This document shows positions 43,678-54,931 of a DNA stretch of 64,000 bases, in pieces. Position numbers and translations under genes: made by a program. The notes beneath the pieces were generated by a model. The model was not told the origin of the DNA, did no database searches, and saw only the letters and a program-made list of their open reading frames with translations. This DNA is from Methanocaldococcus sp. 16A (GTDB taxonomy: Archaea; AGJL01; Methanococci; Methanococcales; Methanocaldococcaceae), in the NCBI GenBank assembly GCA_049860595.1, contig CP187551.1, one strand, 5' to 3'. Position 1 is the first letter of the stretch; each line of letters opens with the position of its first letter.

Positions 43678-44946
43678 TTAAAGCACTTTACCAATCGCTT
43701 CATGCATAACTCCATTAACTACTGTATATATTGGAAATCCTTTAGTCTTCCAATTATCAAAAGGACTAAATTTTGCTTTTGATTTAAATAAATCAGCATC
43801 AATTTTTCCTTCCTTTTTTAGATCAATAATAGTTAGATTTGCCAAATTACCTTCTTCAATTTTGTTGTTTATATCAAATATTTTTGCTGGATTTTTTGAT
43901 AACATATTAATAGCATCAAATAAAGTTATCAATCCTTTATTAACTAAATTTAAGGTTAAAGGGACTATTGTTTCAATTCCAGGAATCCCTGAAGGGCAGT
44001 TTTTTACATCTTTAAGTTTTTCTTCCAATAGATGAGGAGCATGGTCAGAGGCGATGATATCAACATCTTTGTTTATAATTCCTTTAATTAATGCAATGTT
44101 GTCTTCTTTTTCTCTTAAAGGTGGATTGAATTTTCCAAAACCTTTTAATTCTTCAGCTATTTCTTTATTTAGATAAATGTGGTGAGGAGTAACTTCAACA
44201 GTAATTTTTACATTCTTTAATTCATATTTTGCTTTTTTTATTAAATTTAATGCTTCTTTAGTTGAAATATGGCAAAAGTGGATGTGTGGTTTTTTATCAT
44301 TCAATTTATCAATAATTTTTAAGTTTTTTATAATTTCTTTAACTGCTTCAACCTCTGATTTCTTATCTCTAATTTTACAGTGGTCTATCCAACTATCTAA
44401 GGAATATTTTCTTAAATTTTCTTCTATTATCCCTTTATGTTCTGCATGGATACAAAAAATTTTATTTTGGTTTAATATATCCTTTAATTTATTATAATCC
44501 TCTATAAACAAATCTCCTACTGATTTAACCATAAATATTTTGTATGCTTTTGCTTCCTTTATATATTCAGTGTAATTTTTCTCTGTAATTCCAAAATTAA
44601 GGAATATATTTATCTTACTGCTTCTTTTACAATCTTCTAATTTTTTATAAAAAAGCTCTTTTGTTGTTATTGGAGGTTTGTTATTTGGCATATCTATGGC
44701 AAAACATACCCCTCCATTTATCCCAGCTAAACTTCCACTTAGAAAGTCCTCTTTTTTTTCTTCTCCCCATCTAAAATGAACATGGGCATCTATAACTCCA
44801 GGAATAACAAGAGAGTTTTTTATATCTATTATTTCGTCATCTACTTTAATATCCTTACTAATTTTTTTTATACTGTTTTCTTCAATTAAAATATCTCCTT
44901 CAATGATTTTGTTGTCTTTTACTATTTTACAATTTTTTAAAATCAT
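43678..44946 (-). CDS. pyrC: dihydroorotase
   Basis: [41 protein letters not shown]. Confidence 0.92.
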   Translation of the reverse strand: MILKNCKIVKDNKIIEGDILIEENSIKKISKDIKVDDEIIDIKNSLVIPGVIDAHVHFRWGEEKKEDFLSGSLAGINGGVCFAIDMPNNKPPITTKELFYKKLEDCKRSSKINIFLNFGITEKNYTEYIKEAKAYKIFMVKSVGDLFIEDYNKLKDILNQNKIFCIHAEHKGIIEENLRKYSLDSWIDHCKIRDKKSEVEAVKEIIKNLKIIDKLNDKKPHIHFCHISTKEALNLIKKAKYELKNVKITVEVTPHHIYLNKEIAEELKGFGKFNPPLREKEDNIALIKGIINKDVDIIASDHAPHLLEEKLKDVKNCPSGIPGIETIVPLTLNLVNKGLITLFDAINMLSKNPAKIFDINNKIEEGNLANLTIIDLKKEGKIDADLFKSKAKFSPFDNWKTKGFPIYTVVNGVMHEAIGKVL

Positions 44947-44958
44947 AGTAGCACCACA

Positions 44959-46980
44959 TTATAACAGTCTATACCTCCCTGGTTTTGGTTCATCAATATC
45001 TCCATACTTTATCAACTTCTTAATAATATTTTCCAACTCTTCCTCTTTAATACCTTTCTTTTTAGCTTCTTCGACAATATCCTCATGCTCAACAAGCTCA
45101 GATTTTTCAGACAATTCTTTAATTATCTCATAAACAGTTGTTAATTTGTCTCTCTCCTTCTTAGATACTCCTAAAATTTTGTCTACATCAAATATTCCAG
45201 TTTCTGGGTCATAGGCAATTTCTTTTAAGCATTCAGTGATTATATTTATTGCTTCTTTAGCATCTTCCTCATCAACGATATCCTTTAACTTTGCCTTTGC
45301 ATGTGCTTCAGCTATTCTTATCGCTGCCTCTAACTGCCTTGCAGTTATTTGATGCTTTTTTCTCATCTCCACATAATAATTGACGAACAATTCTTTAGCT
45401 TTTTCACTAATAACTGGTTTTTTCTGTCTTGCGTAGTAGATGTATTTTATTATAAACTCTTTGTCAATCTTAACTCCATCAACTTCAAAGTAATCTAAGC
45501 CAATCTTTTTATTTATCTCCTCATCCAAATAAGCCCTATGCAAATCCACAATGTATTCAGCTATATCTTTATCCTTATTCTTATCAGAAACATCTCTAAT
45601 TGGGAATATCAAATCAAACCTACTTAATAAAGGGGCTGGAATGTTTATCTGTTCAGCTACAGAAACATCTGGGTTAAATCTTCCCCATCTTGGATTGCAT
45701 GCTGCAAGGATGGCACATTCAGCTGGCAATTTAGCATTAATCCCTCCTTTACTAATATGAATTGTTTGGCTCTCCATAGCTTCCAAAACATAGCTTTGCA
45801 GTTCTTTATTAACAGTTAGCTCATCAATACATGCAGTACCTTTGTGAGCTTTAACCAACAAACCTGGTTTAATAACCCATGTATCTTCACCAATCTCTGT
45901 TTTTTCTCTAACAACTGCAGCAGTTAAACCTACTCCAGTGGCAGTAGTAACAGAACCGTATAAATTACCTGGAATTTCTGCAATTTTTCTTAAAATAACA
46001 GTCTTCCCAATCCCAGGGTCTGTGATTAATAATATATGAATATCAGCCCTTTTTCCTGGTTTTTTAACACCTTTTATCTGTTGTAAGAAAACAGCTTTTT
46101 TTATTGCTGAATGTCCTTTAATTTCTGGAATTAATCTATCTGCCAATAAATCAACAACATCTTTTCTCTTAGCTATTTTTTTAATCTTTTCAATATCAGA
46201 ATTCGTTAAATCAATTTTCACTTCTCCATCCAAAACTTCACAGTTTATTGCCTTAACATAAATATCATAAATTGGCAGTTTTTTGCTCTTTTTAACTCTT
46301 ATTGGAATTCCAGTTATCTTTACCCTTCCAGCATATATTCCAGGGCTATTTTCTAAGAATGTTGTAATATACTTTGGAGGGTCGTCAGGATTTTCCATTA
46401 AATCTGGTGGTTGCTGAACTTTAATCTCTTGAAAATCTGTATAACTGCATTTGTCATCAATTAAATTTAATTCAGCTCCACATTCACATAAGGCTTTTTC
46501 AGGATTTGTTATAAATATATCAATTTCTTTAACTACTTCTCTTCCACATTTTGGACAAATATAATAAGCTTTTTTTAACATTGGCTTTATTTTTGATGCC
46601 TTAGCAATAATTCCCTCAAACTCTATCAATCTTCCTAAAGTATCACTTTTAATGTCTTCTATTGTAAAAACTTTCCCTTTTTTTGTAGTTTTAAAGATTT
46701 CTGGAAGGTTTTTTACAGCAATTATTATATTTGACGGATATTCATTCCTCAATGTATAGTATGCTTCATTATAACATTCTTTTATAAAATCAATCCCCTT
46801 CTGCGGATTATTTATCAAAAATTCTACAAATTCCATTAGTCCAGAGTTGTAAAGCTGATTTAAATCAATTACAATCCTTTCATTATCTAATATAATATCT
46901 TCTTGATGAATATTTCTTAGATAGGCAGTTAAATAATCTCTAACTTCTTCTAAAATTAAGTCTTCATCCCTCAATTCCAT
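44959..46980 (-). CDS. mcm: MCM replicative helicase homologue
   Basis: CPKC...CEC zinc finger, TDPGIGKT, GVGLTAAV, CIDE, EAMESQTI, LLSRFDL, TARQLE, C-terminal winged helix. Confidence 0.95.
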   Translation of the reverse strand: MELRDEDLILEEVRDYLTAYLRNIHQEDIILDNERIVIDLNQLYNSGLMEFVEFLINNPQKGIDFIKECYNEAYYTLRNEYPSNIIIAVKNLPEIFKTTKKGKVFTIEDIKSDTLGRLIEFEGIIAKASKIKPMLKKAYYICPKCGREVVKEIDIFITNPEKALCECGAELNLIDDKCSYTDFQEIKVQQPPDLMENPDDPPKYITTFLENSPGIYAGRVKITGIPIRVKKSKKLPIYDIYVKAINCEVLDGEVKIDLTNSDIEKIKKIAKRKDVVDLLADRLIPEIKGHSAIKKAVFLQQIKGVKKPGKRADIHILLITDPGIGKTVILRKIAEIPGNLYGSVTTATGVGLTAAVVREKTEIGEDTWVIKPGLLVKAHKGTACIDELTVNKELQSYVLEAMESQTIHISKGGINAKLPAECAILAACNPRWGRFNPDVSVAEQINIPAPLLSRFDLIFPIRDVSDKNKDKDIAEYIVDLHRAYLDEEINKKIGLDYFEVDGVKIDKEFIIKYIYYARQKKPVISEKAKELFVNYYVEMRKKHQITARQLEAAIRIAEAHAKAKLKDIVDEEDAKEAINIITECLKEIAYDPETGIFDVDKILGVSKKERDKLTTVYEIIKELSEKSELVEHEDIVEEAKKKGIKEEELENIIKKLIKYGDIDEPKPGRYRLL

Positions 46981-47100
46981 ATTGACATCCCCATACAATG
47001 AAATCGTGTTTTAGAGAAATTTTAAAGAAAAATGGATAATTTTGCTTTTTTAATTATATTATTTTAGTGGTTGTTCTATTTATCCATTTGATATATTTAA

Positions 47101-47175
47101 TAGGACTTTTGTACTTTATATTATTTAATTTGGCATCAAAAATGTCTTTAAAAATTTATTCATGCGGAAGTCCTA
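47101..47175. repeat. MITE-like intergenic repeat, family A (internally deleted; overlaps 3' end of neighbouring gene)
   Basis: TAGGACTTTTGTA ... TGCGGAAGTCCTA. Confidence 0.7.
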
Positions 47176-48356
47176 TTTAAACTATTTATATAATCAACAA
47201 CCTTTAAAACTCCCATGGCTATTCCCTCAACCTCTATTCCTCCTCTCCCTTTAGCTCCATCTCCAACTAAATAAAGCTTATCATTAACAATATTGCCAAT
47301 ATCAGTTCCATTAGATGCATGATTTACAGGCCAATCATCCCTATATGACTGAATATGTAATATTTTGTAATCTTTTCCTTTAAAGAGATTTTCAATATCC
47401 TCTAATCCCAAATCAATTTCCTTTTTTACATTGTTGGTTAGTTGTGTTTGATGAGTCATAACTAAATGCCATCCTTCAGGGGCTAAGGATTTATCTACAT
47501 TTGTTACTTGATTTAAACCATTTATTCTTTCACATTCTGGAGTAAAGAGAACTCCTCCATGCTTTATAATTCCTTCCTTTGTAGCTATGCTTATTTTTAT
47601 TCCTTTAGAAGGTTTTGGTTTTGATTTTAAAAATTTTATGTTGCATATCTTTTGTGTTTCAATTGGAGATATATTGCTTACAACTACATCAAATTCATAA
47701 TCATCAATATATGCTTTTTCACCAATCTCAATGCTTTTAACTTCATATTCTTTAATAATTCTTCCATTGTTCTTTTCAATAATTTTTGAAAGTTCGTCAA
47801 TAATAGCTTTACAACCACCTATAGGAATTCCTGGCCCTCCAAATTTGTGATAGTTTTTAGCTATCTCTATGATTTCACTCATTGGTGTTTCATAAGCTGT
47901 TAGACTCAAAGCCCATCCAGTAAATGCATTTCCTACTTTTAGAGCTAAATCAATATCCTCTAAAAACTCTCCAAATGAAATATTTTCATCAACTTTTTCC
48001 AACTTTAATTTAGCTGCCATAGTAAGTGCTTTTGCTTTCTCTTTGAATCCTAAGAGTGAAAATAGCTCTCTATATAGATACTCTTTTCCATTAACTAAAA
48101 ATGTCCCATCTGGTTCTGAATTTACAATCCTTACTTTAGCTCCTGCTTTTTTTAATAACTGAGCTAAATAACCATCATTTCCGTGTGGTATCATATGTAA
48201 AGCTCCCGTTGTTAGTTGAAATCCTTCATACTCTAAGTTTGTAAATCTTCCTCCTAAAAATGGAAGTTTTTCAAAGATAACTACTTCATGATTCTTAGAT
48301 AACAAAGCTCCAGTTAATAGACCACCTAATCCAGCTCCAACAATACCAATTTTCAT
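47160..48356 (-). CDS. FAD-dependent oxidoreductase, phytoene dehydrogenase-like
   Basis: IVGAGLGGL, FEK...LGGR, TTGALHM, YLVGD. Confidence 0.8.
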   Translation of the reverse strand: MKIGIVGAGLGGLLTGALLSKNHEVVIFEKLPFLGGRFTNLEYEGFQLTTGALHMIPHGNDGYLAQLLKKAGAKVRIVNSEPDGTFLVNGKEYLYRELFSLLGFKEKAKALTMAAKLKLEKVDENISFGEFLEDIDLALKVGNAFTGWALSLTAYETPMSEIIEIAKNYHKFGGPGIPIGGCKAIIDELSKIIEKNNGRIIKEYEVKSIEIGEKAYIDDYEFDVVVSNISPIETQKICNIKFLKSKPKPSKGIKISIATKEGIIKHGGVLFTPECERINGLNQVTNVDKSLAPEGWHLVMTHQTQLTNNVKKEIDLGLEDIENLFKGKDYKILHIQSYRDDWPVNHASNGTDIGNIVNDKLYLVGDGAKGRGGIEVEGIAMGVLKVVDYINSLNRTSA

Positions 48357-48386
48357 AATATCAACCATTTTCATTTATAATTTATT

Positions 48387-49667
48387 TTATAATTCTCCTG
48401 TTTGCAGATATTTTGATATTTTCTCAGCTAATATTTGCTGGTTATGCCATGTTCCATAAAATATTCCTTTAGGAATCTCATGTCTCATAGCTCTTATTAT
48501 TTTTTTATCAACTACTCCCGGATTTGCCTTTGCAAATGGAGTTTGAGGTAGTGGCATAAAGGTGTGTGCATGTATTTTAGCACCCATTTTTATTAAATCT
48601 TTCATAACTTTTATCGTCTTTTCTATATCTTCTTCAGTTTCTCCTGGAAGCCCAAAAATAAAATCTAAGCTAACACTAATACCTTTTTTTATTGCAGTAG
48701 TTACTGCGTTATATATATCTTCAACTGTATGCCCTCTGTGGCATAAATCCAATATTCTTTGACTTCCTGATTGTGCTCCAACAACTAAGCTTTTATTGTC
48801 AGCATATTTTAAAATTAAATCTATTGTCTCATCATTAACATGTTCCGGTCTAACTTCTGAAGGGAATGTTCCAAAGAATATTCTTCCATTTTTACCTAAA
48901 ATTTCTCTAATATTTTCCAACAACTTTTCAATCTTATCAATATTTAATGTTTTTCCATCCTTAGAGCCATAGCCAAAAGCATTTGGAGTTATAAACCTAA
49001 TGTCTTTCAAATTCCTTTCAGCCATTATTTCCACGTATTTGCAGATATTTTCAACACTTCTATGTCTAACATTCTTTCCAAAGATTCTTGGTGTTTGACA
49101 GAAATAGCATCCATAAGGGCAACCTCTTGTTATCTCTATATGTCCAAATTTATTATGTTTTACAGGAAATGGTGGATATTTATTTAAATCAATAGGTTTT
49201 CTTTTTCCAGTGTAAATAAATTTATCATCATCTAAGTATGCTATCCCTTTAACTTTTTTATAATCTTCATTTTCATTAATTGCTTTAATAAATTCTGGAA
49301 AAGTCTCTTCTCCCTCTCCAATGCAAATTATATCAAATCCTAACTTTAGTGTTCCTTTTGGGTCGCCTGTTGGATGAGGACCTCCAGCTAAATAAATAAT
49401 TTTGTCTCTATAATTTTGATATTTAGCTTTTAGTTCATTAATTAATTCATAAGTTTTCCAGAGTTCAGTTGTAAAGAAAGATATAGCAATAACAATTTTA
49501 TCGTGCTTTTTTAAAACTCTCTCTAAATTAAAAATGTCTTTTTTATTGGCAAAATATATTGGGTAGTTATCAAAATATTCATCAACTTCTAAAGCTCCAA
49601 TCAATGCGTTAAAACTATTTTTATGTAGTTTTGTATAATAAACCACCAAAGCTGTGTTTTCTTCCAT
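48387..49667 (-). CDS. B12-binding-domain radical SAM protein
   Basis: [24 protein letters not shown] (CxxxCxxC), FIFGLPGE. Confidence 0.88.
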   Translation of the reverse strand: MEENTALVVYYTKLHKNSFNALIGALEVDEYFDNYPIYFANKKDIFNLERVLKKHDKIVIAISFFTTELWKTYELINELKAKYQNYRDKIIYLAGGPHPTGDPKGTLKLGFDIICIGEGEETFPEFIKAINENEDYKKVKGIAYLDDDKFIYTGKRKPIDLNKYPPFPVKHNKFGHIEITRGCPYGCYFCQTPRIFGKNVRHRSVENICKYVEIMAERNLKDIRFITPNAFGYGSKDGKTLNIDKIEKLLENIREILGKNGRIFFGTFPSEVRPEHVNDETIDLILKYADNKSLVVGAQSGSQRILDLCHRGHTVEDIYNAVTTAIKKGISVSLDFIFGLPGETEEDIEKTIKVMKDLIKMGAKIHAHTFMPLPQTPFAKANPGVVDKKIIRAMRHEIPKGIFYGTWHNQQILAEKISKYLQTGEL

Positions 49668-49789
49668 ATCACTCCCTAGAAACATTTAATTTCTCATAAG
49701 TGGTTTAATGTCGTATATAATAACTGTGGTAATATTATAAGTAAGTATAGCGAAATATTTTCAGGATACAACAACACACTATATTGAAA

Positions 49790-49806
49790 CGAAAACTATA
49801 TATACC
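49790..49806 (+). promoter_or_regulatory. BRE/TATA promoter of tRNA-Ser
   Basis: CGAAAAC-TATATATA about 30-40 nt upstream of the mature tRNA 5' end. Confidence 0.65.
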
Positions 49807-49836
49807 CCTTATGCCCAATTAGTGTTTGCTTTTAGT

Positions 49837-49924
49837 GCGGGGGTGGCCCAGCCTGGTACGGCGCGGGACTGCTAATCCCGTTGGGCATCGCCCAGCCCGG
49901 GTTCAAGTCCCGGCCCCCGCGCCA
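49837..49924 (+). tRNA. tRNA-Ser(GCT)
   Basis: Acceptor stem GCGGGGG/CCCCCGC, anticodon loop CT-GCT-AA, long variable arm, GTTCAAG T-loop, encoded CCA, followed by a T-run. Confidence 0.96.
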
Positions 49925-50074
49925 TTCTTTTTTGTGTTTATTATTTTCCAAATTTAGACAAATTGTGGATATTTGTACCCAATTTTTACACAGGACTAAA
50001 TCCCGCATCATTTTTAAGTCCAATATAGATGTATTATCAACAGGACTATTAACAACCATAAAATTAAAGAATCT

Positions 50075-50320
50075 TTTTTATCATCCTCAAACGTCTTTCA
50101 ACCTTCTCTTTTGAGTGAGAAATAAAACAAAGTAGTATCCAACGACCTATGCCCAAGATACTACTTACTATACCATTATGAATACCCTTTTCTAGCTAAT
50201 CTACTCACATACTATGCCTCAAACTATGCTAAGTAATTTTCTTTCCTTAGGAATCTAATTTTACTCTCTCTTTTAAGTTCTTTATCAATCTTATTAATAT
50301 TGCAAAATATATCAAGAGAA
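50075..50320 (-). pseudogene. tyrosine recombinase/integrase C-terminal relic
   Basis: Reverse translation across stops and one frameshift: HSLRHS (50211-50228) ... LEKG ... LGHRSLDTTLFY; matches the HxxR, LGH and catalytic Tyr motifs. Boundaries approximate. Confidence 0.75.
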
Positions 50321-50386
50321 AATCAAGATAAACTGTTAGAAAATAGTAAAAAATTAGGTATCAATTAGCAGCGACATATAAATATT

Positions 50387-53300
50387 CTATTTTGGATCTA
50401 TACCTATAATGAACCCTTCAATTGTTGTAGTATTAGTTGTTATTGATATACTTTTTATTTCATTTTCGTTTATTGTATTAAATTTGAACCAATAGACACT
50501 ATTATAAGTTCCATTTTCATCAAAATCTCCAGAAATGTTTATTACATTTATATTATCTGGTTTATACCAATAAACATAGACATTAGTAGTATTCTCAAAA
50601 CTTTTAACAGAAATAACGTATTCGTTAGGTAATACAGAAATACTTGAAGTTATGTTAATTTTCTTATTGGATATTACAGTTATCGTGACATTCTTATAAT
50701 CATTAGAATCCCAATGGACATAGTCGTTTGTCGCATTTACAGTTATTGTATAACTTCCAGGATTCAAAGGAGCAGATAATGTGAAGTTTAAAGCAACAGT
50801 TTGATTTGGTAATATATATGGAACAACTTTATTAGTTTCCCCACTCCAGCCATTTGGAAGCGTTATATTTACAGATACGTTTGACATATCCATAGTTCCT
50901 GTATTTTTAACATATACTGTAATATTAAATGTTTCTGATGTATTAACCAAAGATTTGGCAATAATATCAACTATTGATAGATTATATCGTGGACTACCTG
51001 AAAGAATTCCTGTTTTTGTTGTTGTGACTATCTTATAAACATTTCCTCCACTTAGATAATCATCATAATCTTTTATTTCATAAATAACAATTTTCCAGAC
51101 ACCATAATTTTGATTAGGATTGCTTACATTGATTGTATAATTATACCAAATTTCATCTCCATATGCTGTGAATTCTTTATATTTTGTTCCATTTGGTAAA
51201 TATATAGAAACATTTATTGCTCCATCTCCATCATATATAGATAGATTAAATGAAGAAAGTCCTTTTGGTGTTGAGATATACCATGTTTTCTTTCCCAAAT
51301 TAGATGTATCATCACCAACAATCATTGTGTCAGGAGTTCCGTAGTATCCATTATTATAGGACTTATTCAATTTTAAAACTGGAGAATTTATAGTTGATAA
51401 GGAGTAATAATTACCATTACTACTAGGCCAACTATTCTCAAAGATATCTACAATCCACCAACCATATACATTATTTGTATCAATTTGGAAGTAATTTGGA
51501 GGTTCTCCATTTTGTGCATCATTTGGTGCAGTATATGAGTTATATAATGTTCCATTTGGATAAGATACATTGACAATCAATCCATCACCATCATAGATAC
51601 CAATAGTATAGTTTGATATTCCATAAGGTATCATTGTATAGTATCTATGTACCATATTAGTTTGATTATCCCTACATATTGTTGCTGATCCTGAATCTGA
51701 TGATGAAGGTATTAGTATCTTAAACCACAATCCATTTGATATATTAGTTGCAAGGATTATTTGATTGTCTCCATAACCATCATCATAATCTTGTTCTTGA
51801 GTTAGTTCTATTCTCCACCATCCAATATGCCCGTGGATTGATATATTTTGAATAACCCATGTTGGATTGTCATAGCTATCGTATCCATACCATAAATAAT
51901 ATAATAATGACCCACTATTATCATATGGATAAAACGAATAATATAATGTACCATTAGGATAATAAACACTAACCTTTAGTCTATTCCCATATCTCCTACT
52001 AATGTCGTTATTATTGTCCGGGTCAAATATTGCTATATTAAAGTCTGATGTTGCATAAACATAGAAATCATGATGGTTAGATGTTTCTATATCCCAAAAA
52101 TTTAACAATGTTGCATTTGGAGACCCATAGTAGGTATTTCCATTTATAATATAGGTCATATTTACTTTAAGGTCTAAACTATCACTACCGCTAATATTTA
52201 AACTGTAAAAATTTCCTCCAGGATATTGTGATAAACTATTATTAATAACAATTTTCCAAAATCCAAAAGCCTTATTCGTATATATCTCGGTATAGTTCCA
52301 ATTATTATTTGCAGATTCATTTAATGTTGAGTATAATGTCCCATTTGGATAATAAATATCTACAATAAGACCATCCCCATCATAAACTCCAAAACTAAAA
52401 TTATTAATACCTTCTGGAACATAGAGCCAGTAAGTATGTATTTGCTGATTAAATAAGCTACCTATTACTACATCCCATTCACTATAATATCCTACCCATC
52501 CAACTCCCCCATCATCTTCTATAACACCATTTGTTTTATTATCATCATCTCCTAGTCCTCCATCAATTAAACTAATTGAAATGGTAGTTCTATTAACTAA
52601 TGTCATATTTACTGAATACCATTTTAGAGTATTAGGATTAAATTTATAATAATAAATTTTAGTGTTGTCCAATATTTGTAGAATATTTTTGGAATAAGTT
52701 ATATTAACATTAACTCTTTCTCCCTTTGAAATGTTTGAGATTCTAAATTTAATTAAATTATATGGTAAATTAGCGTTGATTTTAATAGGGATATTTTCTT
52801 TATCAATGAATTTTATATAATCAAACATTCCTTTATCTATTTTAACAGTTATATTATATAATTCATTTCCTTTTAAATCCATAACATGTAAAATTCCAGT
52901 TTTATTGTTATTTTTAAATTCTGTTTTTACATAGTATTTTGGAATGTAGAACTTAAACGGATCAACTATAACTCCATTCTTTTTACCATCTTCATCAGCA
53001 ACTCCACCATCTTTTAAAGTAAATTTTAAAGTTCTCCTATCCTTATTTATCGTGTAATTTACCGGTACTGTTTTATTGTTTATCTTTTTCCAATAGTAGA
53101 TATACATTCCTTCTGGAATTTTAAAAGGTAATCTAACCATTAGATTGACAGAACCTCCAACTGTTAAGTTAGTTATATTTAAAAATACTTTCCCTCCTTC
53201 AAACTTCAACTCCTTAAATTTGCCTTTATTAATCGTAACATTTATCGAATAAGTTTTGTTTCCAATAGAAACGTTGACAACTCTAAAGTCCGATATTTTG

Positions 53301-54778
53301 GTAATAATAGGCAAACTAACATTAGCATTACCGCATCTAATTTTTACGACCTCTACTCCCTTTGGGACTTCTATTACAAAACTACTACTGTTTTTAACTT
53401 CAACTTTACCGCTAATATTAACTGGCATAAATGTATAATTAATGTATTTTGGAGGGATGTATTTCCAACATATATTACCAACAATTTTAGAACCATTTAA
53501 AGATGCATTTATAGTATAATTATCAACATAAACTTCTTTTATTATATTATCTACAACAATTTTATAAACTCCTGTATTATTGACAACAAAAGTTGAAACA
53601 AATTTTTCTGTGTTAAACCTTGAAAAGTTTAAAGTTAAGTTTTTATATGGAGCGATGATTTTAGCATTTTCTGGTTTAAAGTTTGCAGCTATTTTGATTT
53701 TATTGCCTACAAACGCAATTTCTGGAACTTTTAATGATAACTTTTTAATTCCAAGGGGAACTTTCGTTATAGCATTTCCGCACTTCAAAATTACCGTATA
53801 ATTACCATCTGTAAGATTTATAGGTACACAAAAACTACTATTCTCAACCGTAACATTTCCACTTAAATTTATCGGCATAATTGTATATTCAACAATCTTT
53901 GGCATAACGTAATAATAACTTACATTACCAAAAATATAACTATTATTAAATTTAGCGTTAATTTTGTAGTAATCTACAACAAAGGTTCTTTTAATTCCAT
54001 CAACTAAAACAGAATAATTTCCTAATATAACATTTTTATTTAGCTTTGCTGATAAATAGTAATATCTTCCTTCTTTATGGATTTTTAAATCGATAGTTTT
54101 ATTATTTGGAGTTATTATGTGTGCTTTATTTGGTTTAAAGTTGATTTTTATAAATATTTTTTCTGCTGGAAAATATACCTCTTTTAAAATTATTAATTTC
54201 TTTGTGTTGTTTAAACTATTATTTTCAGAATAATTTAAATATATTGTCTTATTTAATGTTTCATTATCAAATTTTGCATAAATTTCGATTGGGATATTCA
54301 AAATAACTGGTGAAATAATATAAGTTTCATTATTTATCTTAACAAATTTCAGAGATATTTTATTCGCAAATCCATAAGGAATTCCATTGGTTTTTATAAT
54401 AATTTTATATTCTTCTACTGAAACATTTAAATAATATATATCTTTTTTATAACTCTTATTCTTATTTTTTGTTTTATTTATTGTATAATTTGTTATATTT
54501 TTTGGAATATTTATAGTATTATTTAGTTTTGTATTGATTTTTTTAAGATTTTTAGTTATATTATTTAAATCGATAAAATTAGTTGTATTTAAATTTACAC
54601 TTTCATCATGTTTTTCATTTAATTGACTAATATTTGAAAAATTTCCAATGATTGTTGAATTTGAGTTATTAAAAGTTATAGATTCATTTAATGTTGATAT
54701 ATTAACTCCCACACTAATATTTAACCACAATAAGATTGTAAATATGAATATTAAAATATTCTTTAAATTAAATGTCAT
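50387..54778 (-). CDS. large secreted multi-domain surface glycoprotein (1463 aa)
   Basis: Signal peptide; two ~145-aa repeats ending CGNA; two DGG-x-x-D-x-D-x-x-x-NGVI-x-D (choice-of-anchor-U-like) domains; four YDGDG...PNGT repeats; CARDB-like domain; ends FIIGIDPK; many NxS/T sequons. Confidence 0.8.
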   Translation of the reverse strand: MTFNLKNILIFIFTILLWLNISVGVNISTLNESITFNNSNSTIIGNFSNISQLNEKHDESVNLNTTNFIDLNNITKNLKKINTKLNNTINIPKNITNYTINKTKNKNKSYKKDIYYLNVSVEEYKIIIKTNGIPYGFANKISLKFVKINNETYIISPVILNIPIEIYAKFDNETLNKTIYLNYSENNSLNNTKKLIILKEVYFPAEKIFIKINFKPNKAHIITPNNKTIDLKIHKEGRYYYLSAKLNKNVILGNYSVLVDGIKRTFVVDYYKINAKFNNSYIFGNVSYYYVMPKIVEYTIMPINLSGNVTVENSSFCVPINLTDGNYTVILKCGNAITKVPLGIKKLSLKVPEIAFVGNKIKIAANFKPENAKIIAPYKNLTLNFSRFNTEKFVSTFVVNNTGVYKIVVDNIIKEVYVDNYTINASLNGSKIVGNICWKYIPPKYINYTFMPVNISGKVEVKNSSSFVIEVPKGVEVVKIRCGNANVSLPIITKISDFRVVNVSIGNKTYSINVTINKGKFKELKFEGGKVFLNITNLTVGGSVNLMVRLPFKIPEGMYIYYWKKINNKTVPVNYTINKDRRTLKFTLKDGGVADEDGKKNGVIVDPFKFYIPKYYVKTEFKNNNKTGILHVMDLKGNELYNITVKIDKGMFDYIKFIDKENIPIKINANLPYNLIKFRISNISKGERVNVNITYSKNILQILDNTKIYYYKFNPNTLKWYSVNMTLVNRTTISISLIDGGLGDDDNKTNGVIEDDGGVGWVGYYSEWDVVIGSLFNQQIHTYWLYVPEGINNFSFGVYDGDGLIVDIYYPNGTLYSTLNESANNNWNYTEIYTNKAFGFWKIVINNSLSQYPGGNFYSLNISGSDSLDLKVNMTYIINGNTYYGSPNATLLNFWDIETSNHHDFYVYATSDFNIAIFDPDNNNDISRRYGNRLKVSVYYPNGTLYYSFYPYDNSGSLLYYLWYGYDSYDNPTWVIQNISIHGHIGWWRIELTQEQDYDDGYGDNQIILATNISNGLWFKILIPSSSDSGSATICRDNQTNMVHRYYTMIPYGISNYTIGIYDGDGLIVNVSYPNGTLYNSYTAPNDAQNGEPPNYFQIDTNNVYGWWIVDIFENSWPSSNGNYYSLSTINSPVLKLNKSYNNGYYGTPDTMIVGDDTSNLGKKTWYISTPKGLSSFNLSIYDGDGAINVSIYLPNGTKYKEFTAYGDEIWYNYTINVSNPNQNYGVWKIVIYEIKDYDDYLSGGNVYKIVTTTKTGILSGSPRYNLSIVDIIAKSLVNTSETFNITVYVKNTGTMDMSNVSVNITLPNGWSGETNKVVPYILPNQTVALNFTLSAPLNPGSYTITVNATNDYVHWDSNDYKNVTITVISNKKINITSSISVLPNEYVISVKSFENTTNVYVYWYKPDNINVINISGDFDENGTYNSVYWFKFNTINENEIKSISITTNTTTIEGFIIGIDPK

Positions 54779-54931
54779 AACAATCCCATTATAAACTTTT
54801 TTTATTTTTTTATTAATTAAGTTAAGGAAATATACTTAAAGGAAATATTTAAAATTTATAGAACAATTTTTTGATAATTTTCAAAAATTTAAAAAAAGAG
54901 ATTTGTATTATTTATTTTCATTTTCCTCCTT

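Noticed and set aside
49832-50114. ORFs 49832..50059 (-) and 49881..50114 (+)
   Set aside because: They overlap tRNA-Ser and non-coding flank; shadow ORFs with no protein motifs.
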